A stretch of 64,000 nt of DNA from a virus. Where the stretch lies: IMG/VR virus record IMGVR_UViG_3300028608_000007, positions 116,544 to 180,543 of that record, one strand, 5' to 3'. The translations under genes and the position numbers were made by a program. The stretch's first letter is position 1, and each line of letters opens with the position of its first letter. The notes below the pieces were generated by a model that worked only from the letters and a program-made list of their open reading frames with translations, was not told where the DNA came from and ran no database searches. Positions 20,093-29,537 of this stretch are shown in pieces.

Positions 20093-20102
20093 ACCAGTCT
20101 CC

Positions 20103-20549
20103 TTAGAATACAGCGTTGGTCTGGAAGACCTCGATCAGGTCGCGGTTCTCGTAAACACACTTGTAGCGGTTTGCGATCTCGCAGGAAACTGGGTCGGTAA
20201 CTTCACCGCACAGCAGGATGTTCTTCAGCAGGGAGCTGGCCGCTGGGTGAGTGGCATCGTGACACAGACGGTAACGAGTGATCCACAGTTTGAACACCAG
20301 ACCTTCAACGATGTCCATGTCGATCACGTGCTGTTCGTTGATCACGTTCAGCGCTTGACCGATGTTGATGCGCAGGGTGTTGCGGTACCAGGCTTCTGGA
20401 TGGTCCACAGCACTCGATGGGAGAGGAAGCTGAGCTGCCAGGGCGTCGGCCACCAACAGGCTAACCACTTTGGTGCGGTCAGCGAATTGTACTTCGCCAC
20501 AATCCAAAGCGCGTTGGATAGCAGCGGCGATAGGTTTAATCTGGAGCAT
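20103..20549 (-). CDS. Hypothetical (probable virion) protein
   Basis: 148 aa in the head-protein operon. Confidence 0.55.
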   Translation of the reverse strand: MLQIKPIAAAIQRALDCGEVQFADRTKVVSLLVADALAAQLPLPSSAVDHPEAWYRNTLRINIGQALNVINEQHVIDMDIVEGLVFKLWITRYRLCHDATHPAASSLLKNILLCGEVTDPVSCEIANRYKCVYENRDLIEVFQTNAVF

Positions 20550-20558
20550 GTGGGAGCC

Positions 20559-21827
20559 CTATGCGAATTTCAGGTTGGTGAGTTTCTCGGCAGTCACGAA
20601 GAGCTGGTTGTTCACCAGTTTCTCCAGTTCTACCTGGAAGCGGAGTTGTTCGTATTGACGACGGCCGCTCGGCAAGATGGAAGTGTAGAAGAACTCCATC
20701 AGGGTGCGCTTGTCATCGATGTTCTTGAGCAACGCGTCGACCGCTTCGATGTCGAGGACGATTGCTTTGCGCTGATCGGCTGGCAGGTCTTTTTGCTTGA
20801 GGGAAGCAACCAGCTCGCGCTTCATACGACCGAGGCGGGCACCTGGATCGTCGTACAGCTTCATGGCAGGGTTGATCAGGAGCACCAGCAGGATCAGACC
20901 GCAGGTAGGGATCAACAGGGCGAAGAACAGGATCACGCGGACCACAGTAGCGAAGATGTGCATGCCAGTCGACATGTACGAGGCGTCGCCGCCGTAGTGA
21001 CGGTGGATCTTGTCCAGACCAGTAGCCAGATAACGACCTGCGCCAGCCCGGATAGCGTACTGGTCAGCCAGCGCTTCGGTAGCAGTCAAGTCGTAGATGT
21101 TCGAGCCCAGGGAAGACTTGGCTTCGAGGATAGCTTTACGCAACACGACGGTCTGGAAGACTTCCTTGTTGTCGCACTTTACCAGTGCTTCAGGGTCATC
21201 CAGCGAGATTTCCAACGCCTTGCAAGCCTCGTCCAGAATCTGAGTCCGTTTTACCAGATCGTCAGATTTGAAGAACGCTTGGGTGGCAGCGTGTAGAATT
21301 ACGTTCGTCGTTAATGTATGACCGAGGAACTCGTAGTAGGTAAAGAGGTGACCCACTTCGTGCAGCGTTACGGCTGCTCGTTCTTCGTCACACAACAGGG
21401 TGCTTTCACACAGACCCTTATAAACAGTGAGCTGGTGTTCGATCTCGGTGAAGATACCGTACACCCGGCCTTGTTGAAGGTCCACAGAACCCTTGATGAT
21501 GTCGCTGCGACGGGCTTTGATGAACTTCTTCACGTCGGTGTTATCGATGTGAGGTTTCCACCAATCGTAGATCAGCGGGTTGTTCTTGTCGACCATCGGC
21601 GGAATGACATACGCGTTGATGTCATTGTTTTTCTCGACCTTGAATTTGACCTTGAGGCCAGTGTGACGCTTGATGATTTCTTCGAATCCGATCCGCTTGA
21701 GGGCGTCTCCTTCGTAGGCCTTCTCCGTGCGCATGCGTTGGAAGGCCAACGTAAGCTCTTTGAAGAAGACATCATTCTGGACCTGAATGGCCTCGAGGCC
21801 GATGGAAAGTCGTTTACTGGTTAACAT
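20559..21827 (-). CDS. Head protein with zincin (HEXXH) metallopeptidase motif and a membrane segment
   Basis: LHEVGHL plus downstream EALADQYA; hydrophobic VVRVILFFALLIPTCGLILLVLLINP; N-terminal IGLE. Confidence 0.6.
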   Translation of the reverse strand: MLTSKRLSIGLEAIQVQNDVFFKELTLAFQRMRTEKAYEGDALKRIGFEEIIKRHTGLKVKFKVEKNNDINAYVIPPMVDKNNPLIYDWWKPHIDNTDVKKFIKARRSDIIKGSVDLQQGRVYGIFTEIEHQLTVYKGLCESTLLCDEERAAVTLHEVGHLFTYYEFLGHTLTTNVILHAATQAFFKSDDLVKRTQILDEACKALEISLDDPEALVKCDNKEVFQTVVLRKAILEAKSSLGSNIYDLTATEALADQYAIRAGAGRYLATGLDKIHRHYGGDASYMSTGMHIFATVVRVILFFALLIPTCGLILLVLLINPAMKLYDDPGARLGRMKRELVASLKQKDLPADQRKAIVLDIEAVDALLKNIDDKRTLMEFFYTSILPSGRRQYEQLRFQVELEKLVNNQLFVTAEKLTNLKFA

Positions 21828-21912
21828 ATCAGCTCCATGGCTCGGGGGTGGGCTGTTAGAAAAGATGACTCATAATGATAGTTTGAGCATGGGCTACTAA
21901 AGGAAACGGGCA

Positions 21913-23604
21913 GTGAACCAACCGAATTTTAACCCAGATGAAGTTAAAGGTTACGAAGTCAAACACGTAACTTACACCAAGTCAAACAACCCGGATTCTC
22001 GGGACGATGCGCTGATCATCAAGAAGGTCGCGCACATGAAAAACGGGGATCTGATTCCGTTTGTTGATCTGGAAGTGAACTACAAACGCACGTTCTATTT
22101 GGAGCGTCAGCAGAACTATCAGGAGAAGAAAACTCAACAGAAGCGCAGCAGACTGCAACCGTTCACGTGTACCCAGCGGAACCTGATTCCTGCTATTGGT
22201 CGAGCATTAGGGCGGGGTAGTTTAAAAGGTGGTTTACGGACCATCGCACGCAACCCTTACCTGTACGGTACTGACATCACCAGTGCCACGCTGTACAAGC
22301 AGGACTTCCGCAAAGCGTATCCAGATTGCAACTCCCCTAACCGGGTAGCCGTATTCGACATCGAGACTGATGTGGTCACAGGCGACGGTAGCGAACCGAT
22401 CTGTATGTCGCTCACCTTTAAAGACAAGGTGTATCTGGCGGTTACCAAGAAGTGGATTGGTAGCATTCCAGACTTCGAGAAGAAGGCACACGCAGCAGCG
22501 GACAAGTACCTGAGCGAACACTTCAAAGCTCGGAACATCACCATGGAAGTTCAGGTGGTGGATACTCCGGGTCAAGCGGTGGTGGAAACCTTCAAGCGGG
22601 CTCACGAATGGCAACCAGACTTCGTGTCTGTATGGAACATCAACTTCGACCTTCCAAAGTGCTTGGCGGTGTTGAAGGCTGAGGGGATTGATCCTGCTCA
22701 GGTGTTCTCTGATCCATCCGTACCTGAGGAATACAAGTTCTTCCGTTATAAGGAAGGCAATGCGACCAAGGTAACTGCAACGGGTCGTGTGGATTCCATT
22801 CACCCAGCAGAACGTTGGCACGTAGCCGAATGTCCTGCCAGCTTCTTCTTGATCGACTCGATGTGCGTGTACAAGCGCATTCGTATGGCCAAGCAGAACG
22901 AACCAAGCTACGGCTTGGATGCTGTAATGAAGAAGAACCTCAAGAACCTGGGTAAGCTCAAGTTCGCCGAGGCTGATGCTTATAGCGGTCTGCAATGGCA
23001 CATCTTCATGCAGGAGCACTACAAAGTCGAATACAGCATTTATAACGTCTTCGACTGCATTGGCGTAGAACTGTTAGACGAGAAGATCAAAGACCTACAA
23101 CTGGTTATCTCGACACAATCCAAAGCGTCGGAGTACACCATCTACAACTCGCAACCTAAGCGACTCGTGGATGACTTCTACTTCTTCTGCTTGGAGCGCG
23201 ATTTCGTTCTGGGTTCTTGCTCGGATGAAATGGCGCACGAGTACGACCAGTACGTCACCGACATGAAGGGTTGGATCGTTACGCTACCGTCTCACCAGAC
23301 TGTGGATAACGGGATCAATGTGCTGGAAGAGATGCCAGACGTACGGACCTACATCCGTACGCACGTGGCTGACTTGGACATTGTATCGACTTACCCGAAC
23401 GTACAGGTGATCCTGAACATCTCGCGTGAGACAACTCGTCGTGAGCTGTACAAGATCGCAGGTATCGACGTCCGTACACAACGGATGGCGGGGATCAACC
23501 TGACTGGTGGTCATGTCAACGCTGTAGAGATTGCGTGCTCGATCTACCAAGCACCAAACTTCGACATGTTGCTGGCTGACTTCGAAGCTGAACAGGCGGC
23601 ATAA
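21913..23604 (+). CDS. Split family-B DNA polymerase, exonuclease/motif-A subunit (phiKZ gp82-like)
   Basis: ExoI FDIETD, ExoII WNINFDL, ExoIII YNVFD; polymerase motif A DLDIVSTYP. Confidence 0.85.
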   Translation: MNQPNFNPDEVKGYEVKHVTYTKSNNPDSRDDALIIKKVAHMKNGDLIPFVDLEVNYKRTFYLERQQNYQEKKTQQKRSRLQPFTCTQRNLIPAIGRALGRGSLKGGLRTIARNPYLYGTDITSATLYKQDFRKAYPDCNSPNRVAVFDIETDVVTGDGSEPICMSLTFKDKVYLAVTKKWIGSIPDFEKKAHAAADKYLSEHFKARNITMEVQVVDTPGQAVVETFKRAHEWQPDFVSVWNINFDLPKCLAVLKAEGIDPAQVFSDPSVPEEYKFFRYKEGNATKVTATGRVDSIHPAERWHVAECPASFFLIDSMCVYKRIRMAKQNEPSYGLDAVMKKNLKNLGKLKFAEADAYSGLQWHIFMQEHYKVEYSIYNVFDCIGVELLDEKIKDLQLVISTQSKASEYTIYNSQPKRLVDDFYFFCLERDFVLGSCSDEMAHEYDQYVTDMKGWIVTLPSHQTVDNGINVLEEMPDVRTYIRTHVADLDIVSTYPNVQVILNISRETTRRELYKIAGIDVRTQRMAGINLTGGHVNAVEIACSIYQAPNFDMLLADFEAEQAA

Positions 23605-23649
23605 AAGGCAAAAAAAAAGAAGGGGTGCAAGCCCCTTCTTTATGCCGTC
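23597..23649. terminator. Bidirectional intrinsic terminator
   Basis: A8-GAAGGGG-TGCAAG-CCCCTTC-TTTATGCCG. Confidence 0.85.
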
Positions 23650-24199
23650 AATTATCGCGACTGTGATCGAAGCGATCGATCTTGATCTTGACAGGTTCAC
23701 TGAAGTCGTCGGTGTCGTATTCCAACATGACAGACGCAGTTACATTGTCAACCCGGATCGACCACTCCACCCATTCGAAATCAAAGAACACCAACTGGAA
23801 AGTATGGTCCTTATATTTCTCGAAGAAGTTATCCAGCACCGGCATCGGTTCAGGACAGATAAAGCGACGCAGTTCAGCAGCAGGGTAATTCCTGCGCATG
23901 ATCAACGACTTCACCGAAGCCAAGCGCCCTGTGCGGACAGTAGCTAACATCGCCAGTTCGTCAGTCAAGACGTAGTAGTCTTCTCTGCCTTCGCTAGCAC
24001 CCACAGCGTCAACGGTAGCGCGCCAGCCCGGTAGATGTTGCAACAGGCTAACGTGAGAACGAGCAAACACGCGGTCGGCCTCATCCTTACTAACAAGGTC
24101 CTCGCCATCCTCGAAGAAGTCCACTTCGAACTCTTCAAGGGTGGACATGGACATATGCTGCGTACCGGTGTCAGGTTCTAAGCTGACACGCCAGTTCAC
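23648..24199 (-). CDS. Hypothetical protein
   Basis: 183 aa ORF coupled to the upstream gene. Confidence 0.65.
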   Translation of the reverse strand: MNWRVSLEPDTGTQHMSMSTLEEFEVDFFEDGEDLVSKDEADRVFARSHVSLLQHLPGWRATVDAVGASEGREDYYVLTDELAMLATVRTGRLASVKSLIMRRNYPAAELRRFICPEPMPVLDNFFEKYKDHTFQLVFFDFEWVEWSIRVDNVTASVMLEYDTDDFSEPVKIKIDRFDHSRDN

Positions 24200-25161
24200 T
24201 TGATTTCACCGTAGATTGGTTGTTGGAAGTCAGAGTCGTACGCGAACTCACCCGGCAGGTGGTTGTTACCATCGGCCAGTTGGATTTGCAGAACGCGCGG
24301 TTTGTCGCCACGAGTGATGCAAATCACGTTATCGTAGTCTGGGTTCTCCCACTCGACCAGTTGAGCACGGACCGGAGTTTCGTCTGGACGAGCCAGACCC
24401 ACATCAACCACACCCACTTCCAACGGGGTAGTCGACTGAGCCAACAGCAGGATCACGTGGGACAACACGTTGAAAGGCTGAGCCGCCGAGATGAACAGCT
24501 CATAGCCCACCTTGTCCACGAGACCAGTGGTGTAGATGAACTGAGCGACATCCCCGTTGGCTTCTACGTGGTGTGCAGCAAAGCCATGCGCAGCGATCAG
24601 GCGATCAGTACGATCTTGCACCAACGCACGTTCAACCGATTGCATGGTCTTGACCAGTTGATCACGGGTCAGGTCCTTACGAGCAGCCAGACCTGCGAAG
24701 AACAGATCACGAGTAATCGCAGCTTCGACGAACTCACGGGTGTGGAAAGCCGTGGCGATCATTTCTGCTTCGAACTGCTCGATGTACAGCTCAGGTGTGT
24801 TGGCCACCTTGATCAGGAACTCACGCAGGTCAGCGCCAGTGGGGATCAGGTCGTGTACGAAGAACAGGTTACCCACGATCGGGGCATCATTGTATTCTTC
24901 TGGCTCGACGTAGCGACCGTAGTCGTTGTTGACGAGGTACTCGATGAACCCGGTGCAGACTTTCTCTGCTTCTGGGTGCCCGACCTTTTCGAGGTTGGTG
25001 TAGCTGTGCACGCCTTCTGGCAGTTGGATCGACGAGACGTAGATCTCGTACACCTGGTACGGGTTGAACTGCTTGCTGGCCTCAAAACCGAATCCGAAGA
25101 ACGAAGCCATTTGCATTGGGGCCACTTGGAAGATTGCGCGTGCGCCTTTATGTGCTTGCAT
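24196..25161 (-). CDS. Hypothetical protein with C-terminal DUF4262-like domain
   Basis: HGFAAHHV...FIYTTGL...GYELFI...QLADGNNHLPGE pattern recalls DUF4262. Confidence 0.5.
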   Translation of the reverse strand: MQAHKGARAIFQVAPMQMASFFGFGFEASKQFNPYQVYEIYVSSIQLPEGVHSYTNLEKVGHPEAEKVCTGFIEYLVNNDYGRYVEPEEYNDAPIVGNLFFVHDLIPTGADLREFLIKVANTPELYIEQFEAEMIATAFHTREFVEAAITRDLFFAGLAARKDLTRDQLVKTMQSVERALVQDRTDRLIAAHGFAAHHVEANGDVAQFIYTTGLVDKVGYELFISAAQPFNVLSHVILLLAQSTTPLEVGVVDVGLARPDETPVRAQLVEWENPDYDNVICITRGDKPRVLQIQLADGNNHLPGEFAYDSDFQQPIYGEIK

Positions 25162-25163
25162 TA

Positions 25164-25664
25164 TTAATGCTCCTTAGCATCAGTAGTTTCGTCGAATTCG
25201 ATATCGATGTGACGAAGAATTTGTAGGAGTTCGTCAAAGACTTCCACGAGGGGACGCTCCTTGACGTATTGCAGGTGCGGGAAGAAGCGAACCACCTTAC
25301 CGTCGGGACGAACAGCCCCAATGTAGTAGATCGCTTCCCAGGAGACGATAGGCATGTTCCCGTGCATCTTCTTCGCCAGCCCCATGGTCCACTTCAAACA
25401 TAGGCCTTGGGAACTAACGCCGAAGATGCTCAGGTTGTGATACCACTCCAGGATAGTGCTGTAGTAGGTGATCTTGTAGCCTTCGAAGGTCCAGGTGTCC
25501 CAGTCGATGGCATCCATGTGCAGCTCCATGAAGAACTGGCTACCTTTAGCCAGCTCCGCATGATAGAACTTGTCGTACAGACGCTTCATGGTCTGACCAG
25601 CTTTGAGACCATTGAACGCCAACAACACGCTACGGATAGCGGTAACGCCGGAGTCCTGGCTCAT
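25164..25664 (-). CDS. Hypothetical protein
   Basis: 166 aa ORF in a coupled operon. Confidence 0.65.
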   Translation of the reverse strand: MSQDSGVTAIRSVLLAFNGLKAGQTMKRLYDKFYHAELAKGSQFFMELHMDAIDWDTWTFEGYKITYYSTILEWYHNLSIFGVSSQGLCLKWTMGLAKKMHGNMPIVSWEAIYYIGAVRPDGKVVRFFPHLQYVKERPLVEVFDELLQILRHIDIEFDETTDAKEH

Positions 25665-26317
25665 TTGTCTTTCACCTTCTTGAAGACAGACCAGTTATCA
25701 CGCATACCACTAAAGCGGATATGGTGACGTTCGAGTTCCATGGTCATTTCCCCATCACGCTCGAAAGCAGCATCGAGGTAATAGTAGAACGCATCGTTAC
25801 CGGTGCACCCCATGTACCCTTCACCTTCGTGGATGAGGATCTGACCGACGCGCATCTTCTTGGCAACCTTATGGGCAAAATCGGAACCCATCGGTGGCCA
25901 AGTCATCACGATTACGTCGTATGGATCGAAGTCCACTTCCAGCGCGTCACCACACTCGGAACCGTAGTTGGCGATGTCGTGAGTCCAGTACCAAGAGGAC
26001 CACATGTCCACCGCACGGTAGTCTTTAACGCCACGCTTACGCAGATGCGATGCCATGTAACCAGTACCAGCGCCGACCTCAAGAGTTTTCTTGTCCTTGA
26101 GGAAGTTGGCCAAGTAGTCTGCGTTCTCGGATGTGAGGATGAACCACGCATTGTTACGGACGTAGGCATCACGTTGTTTGGCGTCATGAACGAGTTCGTT
26201 GAAGAAGTCTTCGAACGTTTTGTCTTGGAATTGCTTCCAATCCTGCAAAGACATCAGCGGGAACGGATCAGCGAAGGACTCAGGTACACCAGGTTTCTTG
26301 ACGGACATAACTTGCAT
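25661..26317 (-). CDS. Class I SAM-dependent methyltransferase
   Basis: Motif I LEVGAGTG, acidic residue after beta-2 (AVD), DALE..D and YDVIVMTWPP. Confidence 0.8.
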   Translation of the reverse strand: MQVMSVKKPGVPESFADPFPLMSLQDWKQFQDKTFEDFFNELVHDAKQRDAYVRNNAWFILTSENADYLANFLKDKKTLEVGAGTGYMASHLRKRGVKDYRAVDMWSSWYWTHDIANYGSECGDALEVDFDPYDVIVMTWPPMGSDFAHKVAKKMRVGQILIHEGEGYMGCTGNDAFYYYLDAAFERDGEMTMELERHHIRFSGMRDNWSVFKKVKDK

Positions 26318-26333
26318 ACAGTTCTCCTTAGAA

Positions 26334-26591
26334 CTAAAAATTATCGAACTTGCCCAATTGTTCTTCTAGGCGGGTTCTGTACTTCTCGATATCAAACCAA
26401 TAGAAGTACGGACAGTCAGCCGTTTGGAGCTGACCATGGAAATGTACAACACAAGGGTAGTTTGCTTCTACACCACCGGGCTGGCGAGGGTTGCACTCCT
26501 GACCATAGTGACGTCCGGTGGCTTCACGAAAACCCTGACGGTTACGCACGATGTAAACGCCATAGGTTACTTGGCGGTAAACGTCTCCCAT
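26334..26591 (-). CDS. Small hypothetical protein, paralog of 26594..26878
   Basis: Start at ATG 26591 (SD GGGGAG); YPCVV motif. Confidence 0.65.
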   Translation of the reverse strand: MGDVYRQVTYGVYIVRNRQGFREATGRHYGQECNPRQPGGVEANYPCVVHFHGQLQTADCPYFYWFDIEKYRTRLEEQLGKFDNF

Positions 26592-26593
26592 AC

Positions 26594-26878
26594 TCACTCC
26601 CCTTGTACTTCGCGAAACTGTGCCAGCAGCTTGTCTTTGTAGTTCTCCAAGCACATCCAGCGAACGCCCATATCGCCCCAACGATCGAAGTACGTCCACA
26701 CCACACACGGGTATTTCTTCGGGTAGTTGGTTGGGTAGTCCAGAGGTTCGCCTTCCTCTTTGTGTTCACGCTTTACCAGATCGCGATAAGCGGCTTGTGT
26801 ACGACAGAGGTGACCACCGCACATCAAGCGTTTGTAGTTCGGTCGTTCTTGCTTTTCTTCTTTCAAGTTACTTGCCAT
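26594..26878 (-). CDS. Small hypothetical protein, paralog of 26334..26591
   Basis: YPCVV motif; SD-like GGGG. Confidence 0.65.
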   Translation of the reverse strand: MASNLKEEKQERPNYKRLMCGGHLCRTQAAYRDLVKREHKEEGEPLDYPTNYPKKYPCVVWTYFDRWGDMGVRWMCLENYKDKLLAQFREVQGE

Positions 26879-26903
26879 TTCCCCAGCCCCTCTAATGGGC
26901 TAC

Positions 26904-26929
26904 AAAAAAGAAGGGGTCCGTAGACCCCG
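26904..26929 (-). terminator. Intrinsic terminator
   Basis: Minus strand GGGGTC-TACG-GACCCC-TTCTTTTTT. Confidence 0.8.
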
Positions 26930-26934
26930 TTAAA

Positions 26935-27321
26935 TTATTTCGAGCGTTCCTCGAACATTGTGAGGACCTTGCCCCTGGTTCTGCGCACCCAACGACCACA
27001 GGGCACTTGCGTACCCGTCTTGTGACCTTGTAGTACACGAGCGCGTTCAGTGTTGAACACCAGAGGCAGAGGATAATACACCCAGCCGTTGTCAATCACC
27101 CGCCGTACCAAGGAGTAGTTATACTCCCGACTCTCCACCTTCTCGTAGATCCCACGTCTACAGTGTTCGAGTTCTTCTTCATTTGCTTCGTCGTAAAGGA
27201 TGGTGGTAACCCCAGTCTCTTCATCGAGGAACTGTTTCTTTCGGAAGATCAGTCCATCGACAGCGTGGCTGTAGATTTTGTCATCCTTCTTTACGATTAC
27301 GCGGTCGGCGGTATCAGTCAT
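26935..27321 (-). CDS. Hypothetical protein
   Basis: 128 aa coupled ORF. Confidence 0.6.
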   Translation of the reverse strand: MTDTADRVIVKKDDKIYSHAVDGLIFRKKQFLDEETGVTTILYDEANEEELEHCRRGIYEKVESREYNYSLVRRVIDNGWVYYPLPLVFNTERARVLQGHKTGTQVPCGRWVRRTRGKVLTMFEERSK

Positions 27322-27623
27322 TGGTCTGGAATCCCGTATTGCTCGAGGTACTCAGTGACCTCTTTGTTCATAGCCTTGACTTTCTCGGGCGGGTACTTCT
27401 CGATCGGGAACGCGACCGTGATACCTTCTGGACCGTCGTAGTCAAAGTACTGCATACGGGTTTTGTAGTTGTAGCAGTCGCCTGACGAACAATGGATAAC
27501 CTCCATGTCCTTGACCCAGGCGGGTTGTGCCGAAGCTTTTACTGGTTGAGCACCAACGTTCGCCTGCACCGAAGTACAAGCTACCAGAGCGATTACTGCG
27601 AAAAGAGATTTCATTCTTGTCAT
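27318..27623 (-). CDS. Small secreted/periplasmic protein
   Basis: Signal peptide MKSLFAVIALVACTSVQA. Confidence 0.7.
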   Translation of the reverse strand: MTRMKSLFAVIALVACTSVQANVGAQPVKASAQPAWVKDMEVIHCSSGDCYNYKTRMQYFDYDGPEGITVAFPIEKYPPEKVKAMNKEVTEYLEQYGIPDQ

Positions 27624-27651
27624 TCCTTAATGACTATTTCTTTTTGGGGTC

Positions 27652-27921
27652 TTACGCGTTTAGCAGACCTGCGTCAGAGAGGTCTTTACGGATCATGCGA
27701 TACACGATCCAGGTTACAACCACCACGAAGAACAACACCCACACCTTGAAGATGGCGAGCGCCAGCGCGATGAAGAAGAACCCAGTTGGCGAGAGGTTCT
27801 GGACACCCCACAGTGCAACCTTGGTCCAGAAGGTTTCTTTCTTGGTCAGGATGTATTCACGGCTGGCTTTCCAGACCACGAACAAACCGAACACCACCAA
27901 CACCAGAATCAATACGCCCAT
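27652..27921 (-). CDS. Small multi-pass membrane protein
   Basis: Three hydrophobic segments in 89 aa; SD GGAG. Confidence 0.7.
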   Translation of the reverse strand: MGVLILVLVVFGLFVVWKASREYILTKKETFWTKVALWGVQNLSPTGFFFIALALAIFKVWVLFFVVVVTWIVYRMIRKDLSDAGLLNA

Positions 27922-27924
27922 GTT

Positions 27925-28140
27925 TCACTCCTTGTCTTTGATAGGTTTGTAACAGCACACCCCGTCGAACTCATAACGCTGAGTAGGATAGGACTTTTGA
28001 CGCGGCGGCTCGGGAGGATCATTCCTGTGAATAAACGCATGAACACCCACACCGATACCACCTACCACAATACCAATGATGCACAGTCCGATCAAACCAG
28101 CGATCATCATCATTGCTTCGTCTTGTGCACGCATGTACAC
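27925..28140 (-). CDS. Small single-pass membrane protein
   Basis: MMMIAGLIGLCIIGIVVGGIGVGV; SD GGAGG. Confidence 0.7.
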   Translation of the reverse strand: MYMRAQDEAMMMIAGLIGLCIIGIVVGGIGVGVHAFIHRNDPPEPPRQKSYPTQRYEFDGVCCYKPIKDKE

Positions 28141-28143
28141 CTC

Positions 28144-28437
28144 CTAGAAGATGTACTTCACGACTTTGACGTTAGCCTGTGTTGCCACAGGGTACAGATC
28201 CTTACGGTGCCACGTTTGCGTAACACTTTCAGAATAGTTGTTAAGGTGTTGCACTTCTTCCTGAGAGGCCGCAGGACGCTTCTCAACGTGCGGCAAGAAG
28301 ATTGCAGTCAACACCAAGGCTACTACGAAAACAAGCACCAGCCAGCGCAGGAAAGAGTTCTGGCGGGCAAGTTCACGCTGGTCCACGTTTTCCAGATCGT
28401 GAATCAGCTTTGCGTTCTTTTCAGCTTCCTTATCCAT
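28144..28437 (-). CDS. Small single-pass membrane protein
   Basis: FLRWLVLVFVVALVLTAIFL. Confidence 0.7.
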   Translation of the reverse strand: MDKEAEKNAKLIHDLENVDQRELARQNSFLRWLVLVFVVALVLTAIFLPHVEKRPAASQEEVQHLNNYSESVTQTWHRKDLYPVATQANVKVVKYIF

Positions 28438-28637
28438 TACTTACCCACCCACACTTTAGCTTCGGTTTGTTCGAACGACCCGTCTTCCAAGATGACGGTT
28501 TGTTTCACAGTGCACCAGCCAGCTTCACACTGAGCAGGCTCAGCTTTGAAGTCCTTGAGTTGGTACATAGCGAATGCCGAAGAGCAGATACCGGCGAGGG
28601 CGATAGCGGCGATCAGGGCTTTAACGAATTTGTTCAT
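28437..28637 (-). CDS. Small secreted protein
   Basis: Signal peptide MNKFVKALIAAIALAGICSSAFA; CEAGWC in the mature part. Confidence 0.7.
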   Translation of the reverse strand: MNKFVKALIAAIALAGICSSAFAMYQLKDFKAEPAQCEAGWCTVKQTVILEDGSFEQTEAKVWVGK

Positions 28638-28670
28638 GGTTCTATTTCCTTCTGAGGATTTGAGTTTAGA

Positions 28671-29291
28671 TTAGTGGCGCGACTTTGGATTGATGTCGAT
28701 GCCGGGCAAACGGGATACTGCGGTGAGTAAACGATGTACGTGGGAAACCTGAATGCTGACCCTAGAAGGACCCCTGCCGATTTTCCCACCACGAGTGAGT
28801 TGATCTACTGCTTTGTTAACAGCGATAACCAAACCTTGAATGAACTCGCGCTCTTCTTTCATTGGTTGGAAACGCATTGGGCACAATCTGACGAATTCTT
28901 CAACAGTCCAGCCCATGATGAAGATTTCGCCATTCCTGATGACTACTTCTTCAGCAGGATCAGTCTGCAAGTACTTGAAGTACAGGACTGTTGCGTTGTC
29001 AGTCTTTTGCTTAGGTGGTGGGTAAACTATGTCTCGAAGTTCTTCGATAGTGTTTGGTCGAATCGCTTCAATCAGTTTCATTACCGACGCGGATGGCAAA
29101 GGCTCACGACGCAATTGGTTCCCATGATCAAGTGCGAGTTTGATTTTGAACCCAGTTGGGGAATGTGCAATTGTGAAAGGCGGGTGATGATCTACAGCAA
29201 CGATCGTGTAGTGACTCGCGTTTGAGTACTCCAGATTGTTGTCGTAGTTGTAAATCAGTGCATGGATAAGAAGTCTGACGGCTTCTCGCAT
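28671..29291 (-). CDS. Hypothetical early protein
   Basis: 206 aa; SD AGGAG; first gene after an early promoter. Confidence 0.7.
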   Translation of the reverse strand: MREAVRLLIHALIYNYDNNLEYSNASHYTIVAVDHHPPFTIAHSPTGFKIKLALDHGNQLRREPLPSASVMKLIEAIRPNTIEELRDIVYPPPKQKTDNATVLYFKYLQTDPAEEVVIRNGEIFIMGWTVEEFVRLCPMRFQPMKEEREFIQGLVIAVNKAVDQLTRGGKIGRGPSRVSIQVSHVHRLLTAVSRLPGIDINPKSRH

Positions 29292-29348
29292 GATGTTCTC
29301 CTAAGAACGAAAGGTTAGGGACCGATATAACTCAGTCTATTCACCAGT

Positions 29349-29367
29349 GTAATATGTATCTGAGATT
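29349..29367 (-). promoter_or_regulatory. phiKZ-type early promoter
   Basis: Minus strand AATCTCAGATACATATTAC. Confidence 0.7.
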
Positions 29368-29391
29368 TTTTTGTTTCCGATTTACACGTAT

Positions 29392-29537
29392 GTAGTGAAT
29401 ACAGGCAATGTCAACATTGCTCGCAAGGGGGTGATCCAGCCTTAGTGTGGTCTCCGAATCCTTGTATCGCTGGGAAGCGTAATAAAACGGATTCACGGCT
29501 GCCTGTATCCTGCTCGCCCTTCGGGGCGGGCATTTAT
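29392..29537 (+). ncRNA. Candidate structured ncRNA or structured leader
   Basis: Nested helices ATACAGG/CCTGTAT, CAATG/CATTG, CAGCC/GGCTG, GAATCC/GGATTC; GNRA loops GCAA and GGGA; closing UUCG hairpin; TATG at 29389-29392. Confidence 0.5.
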
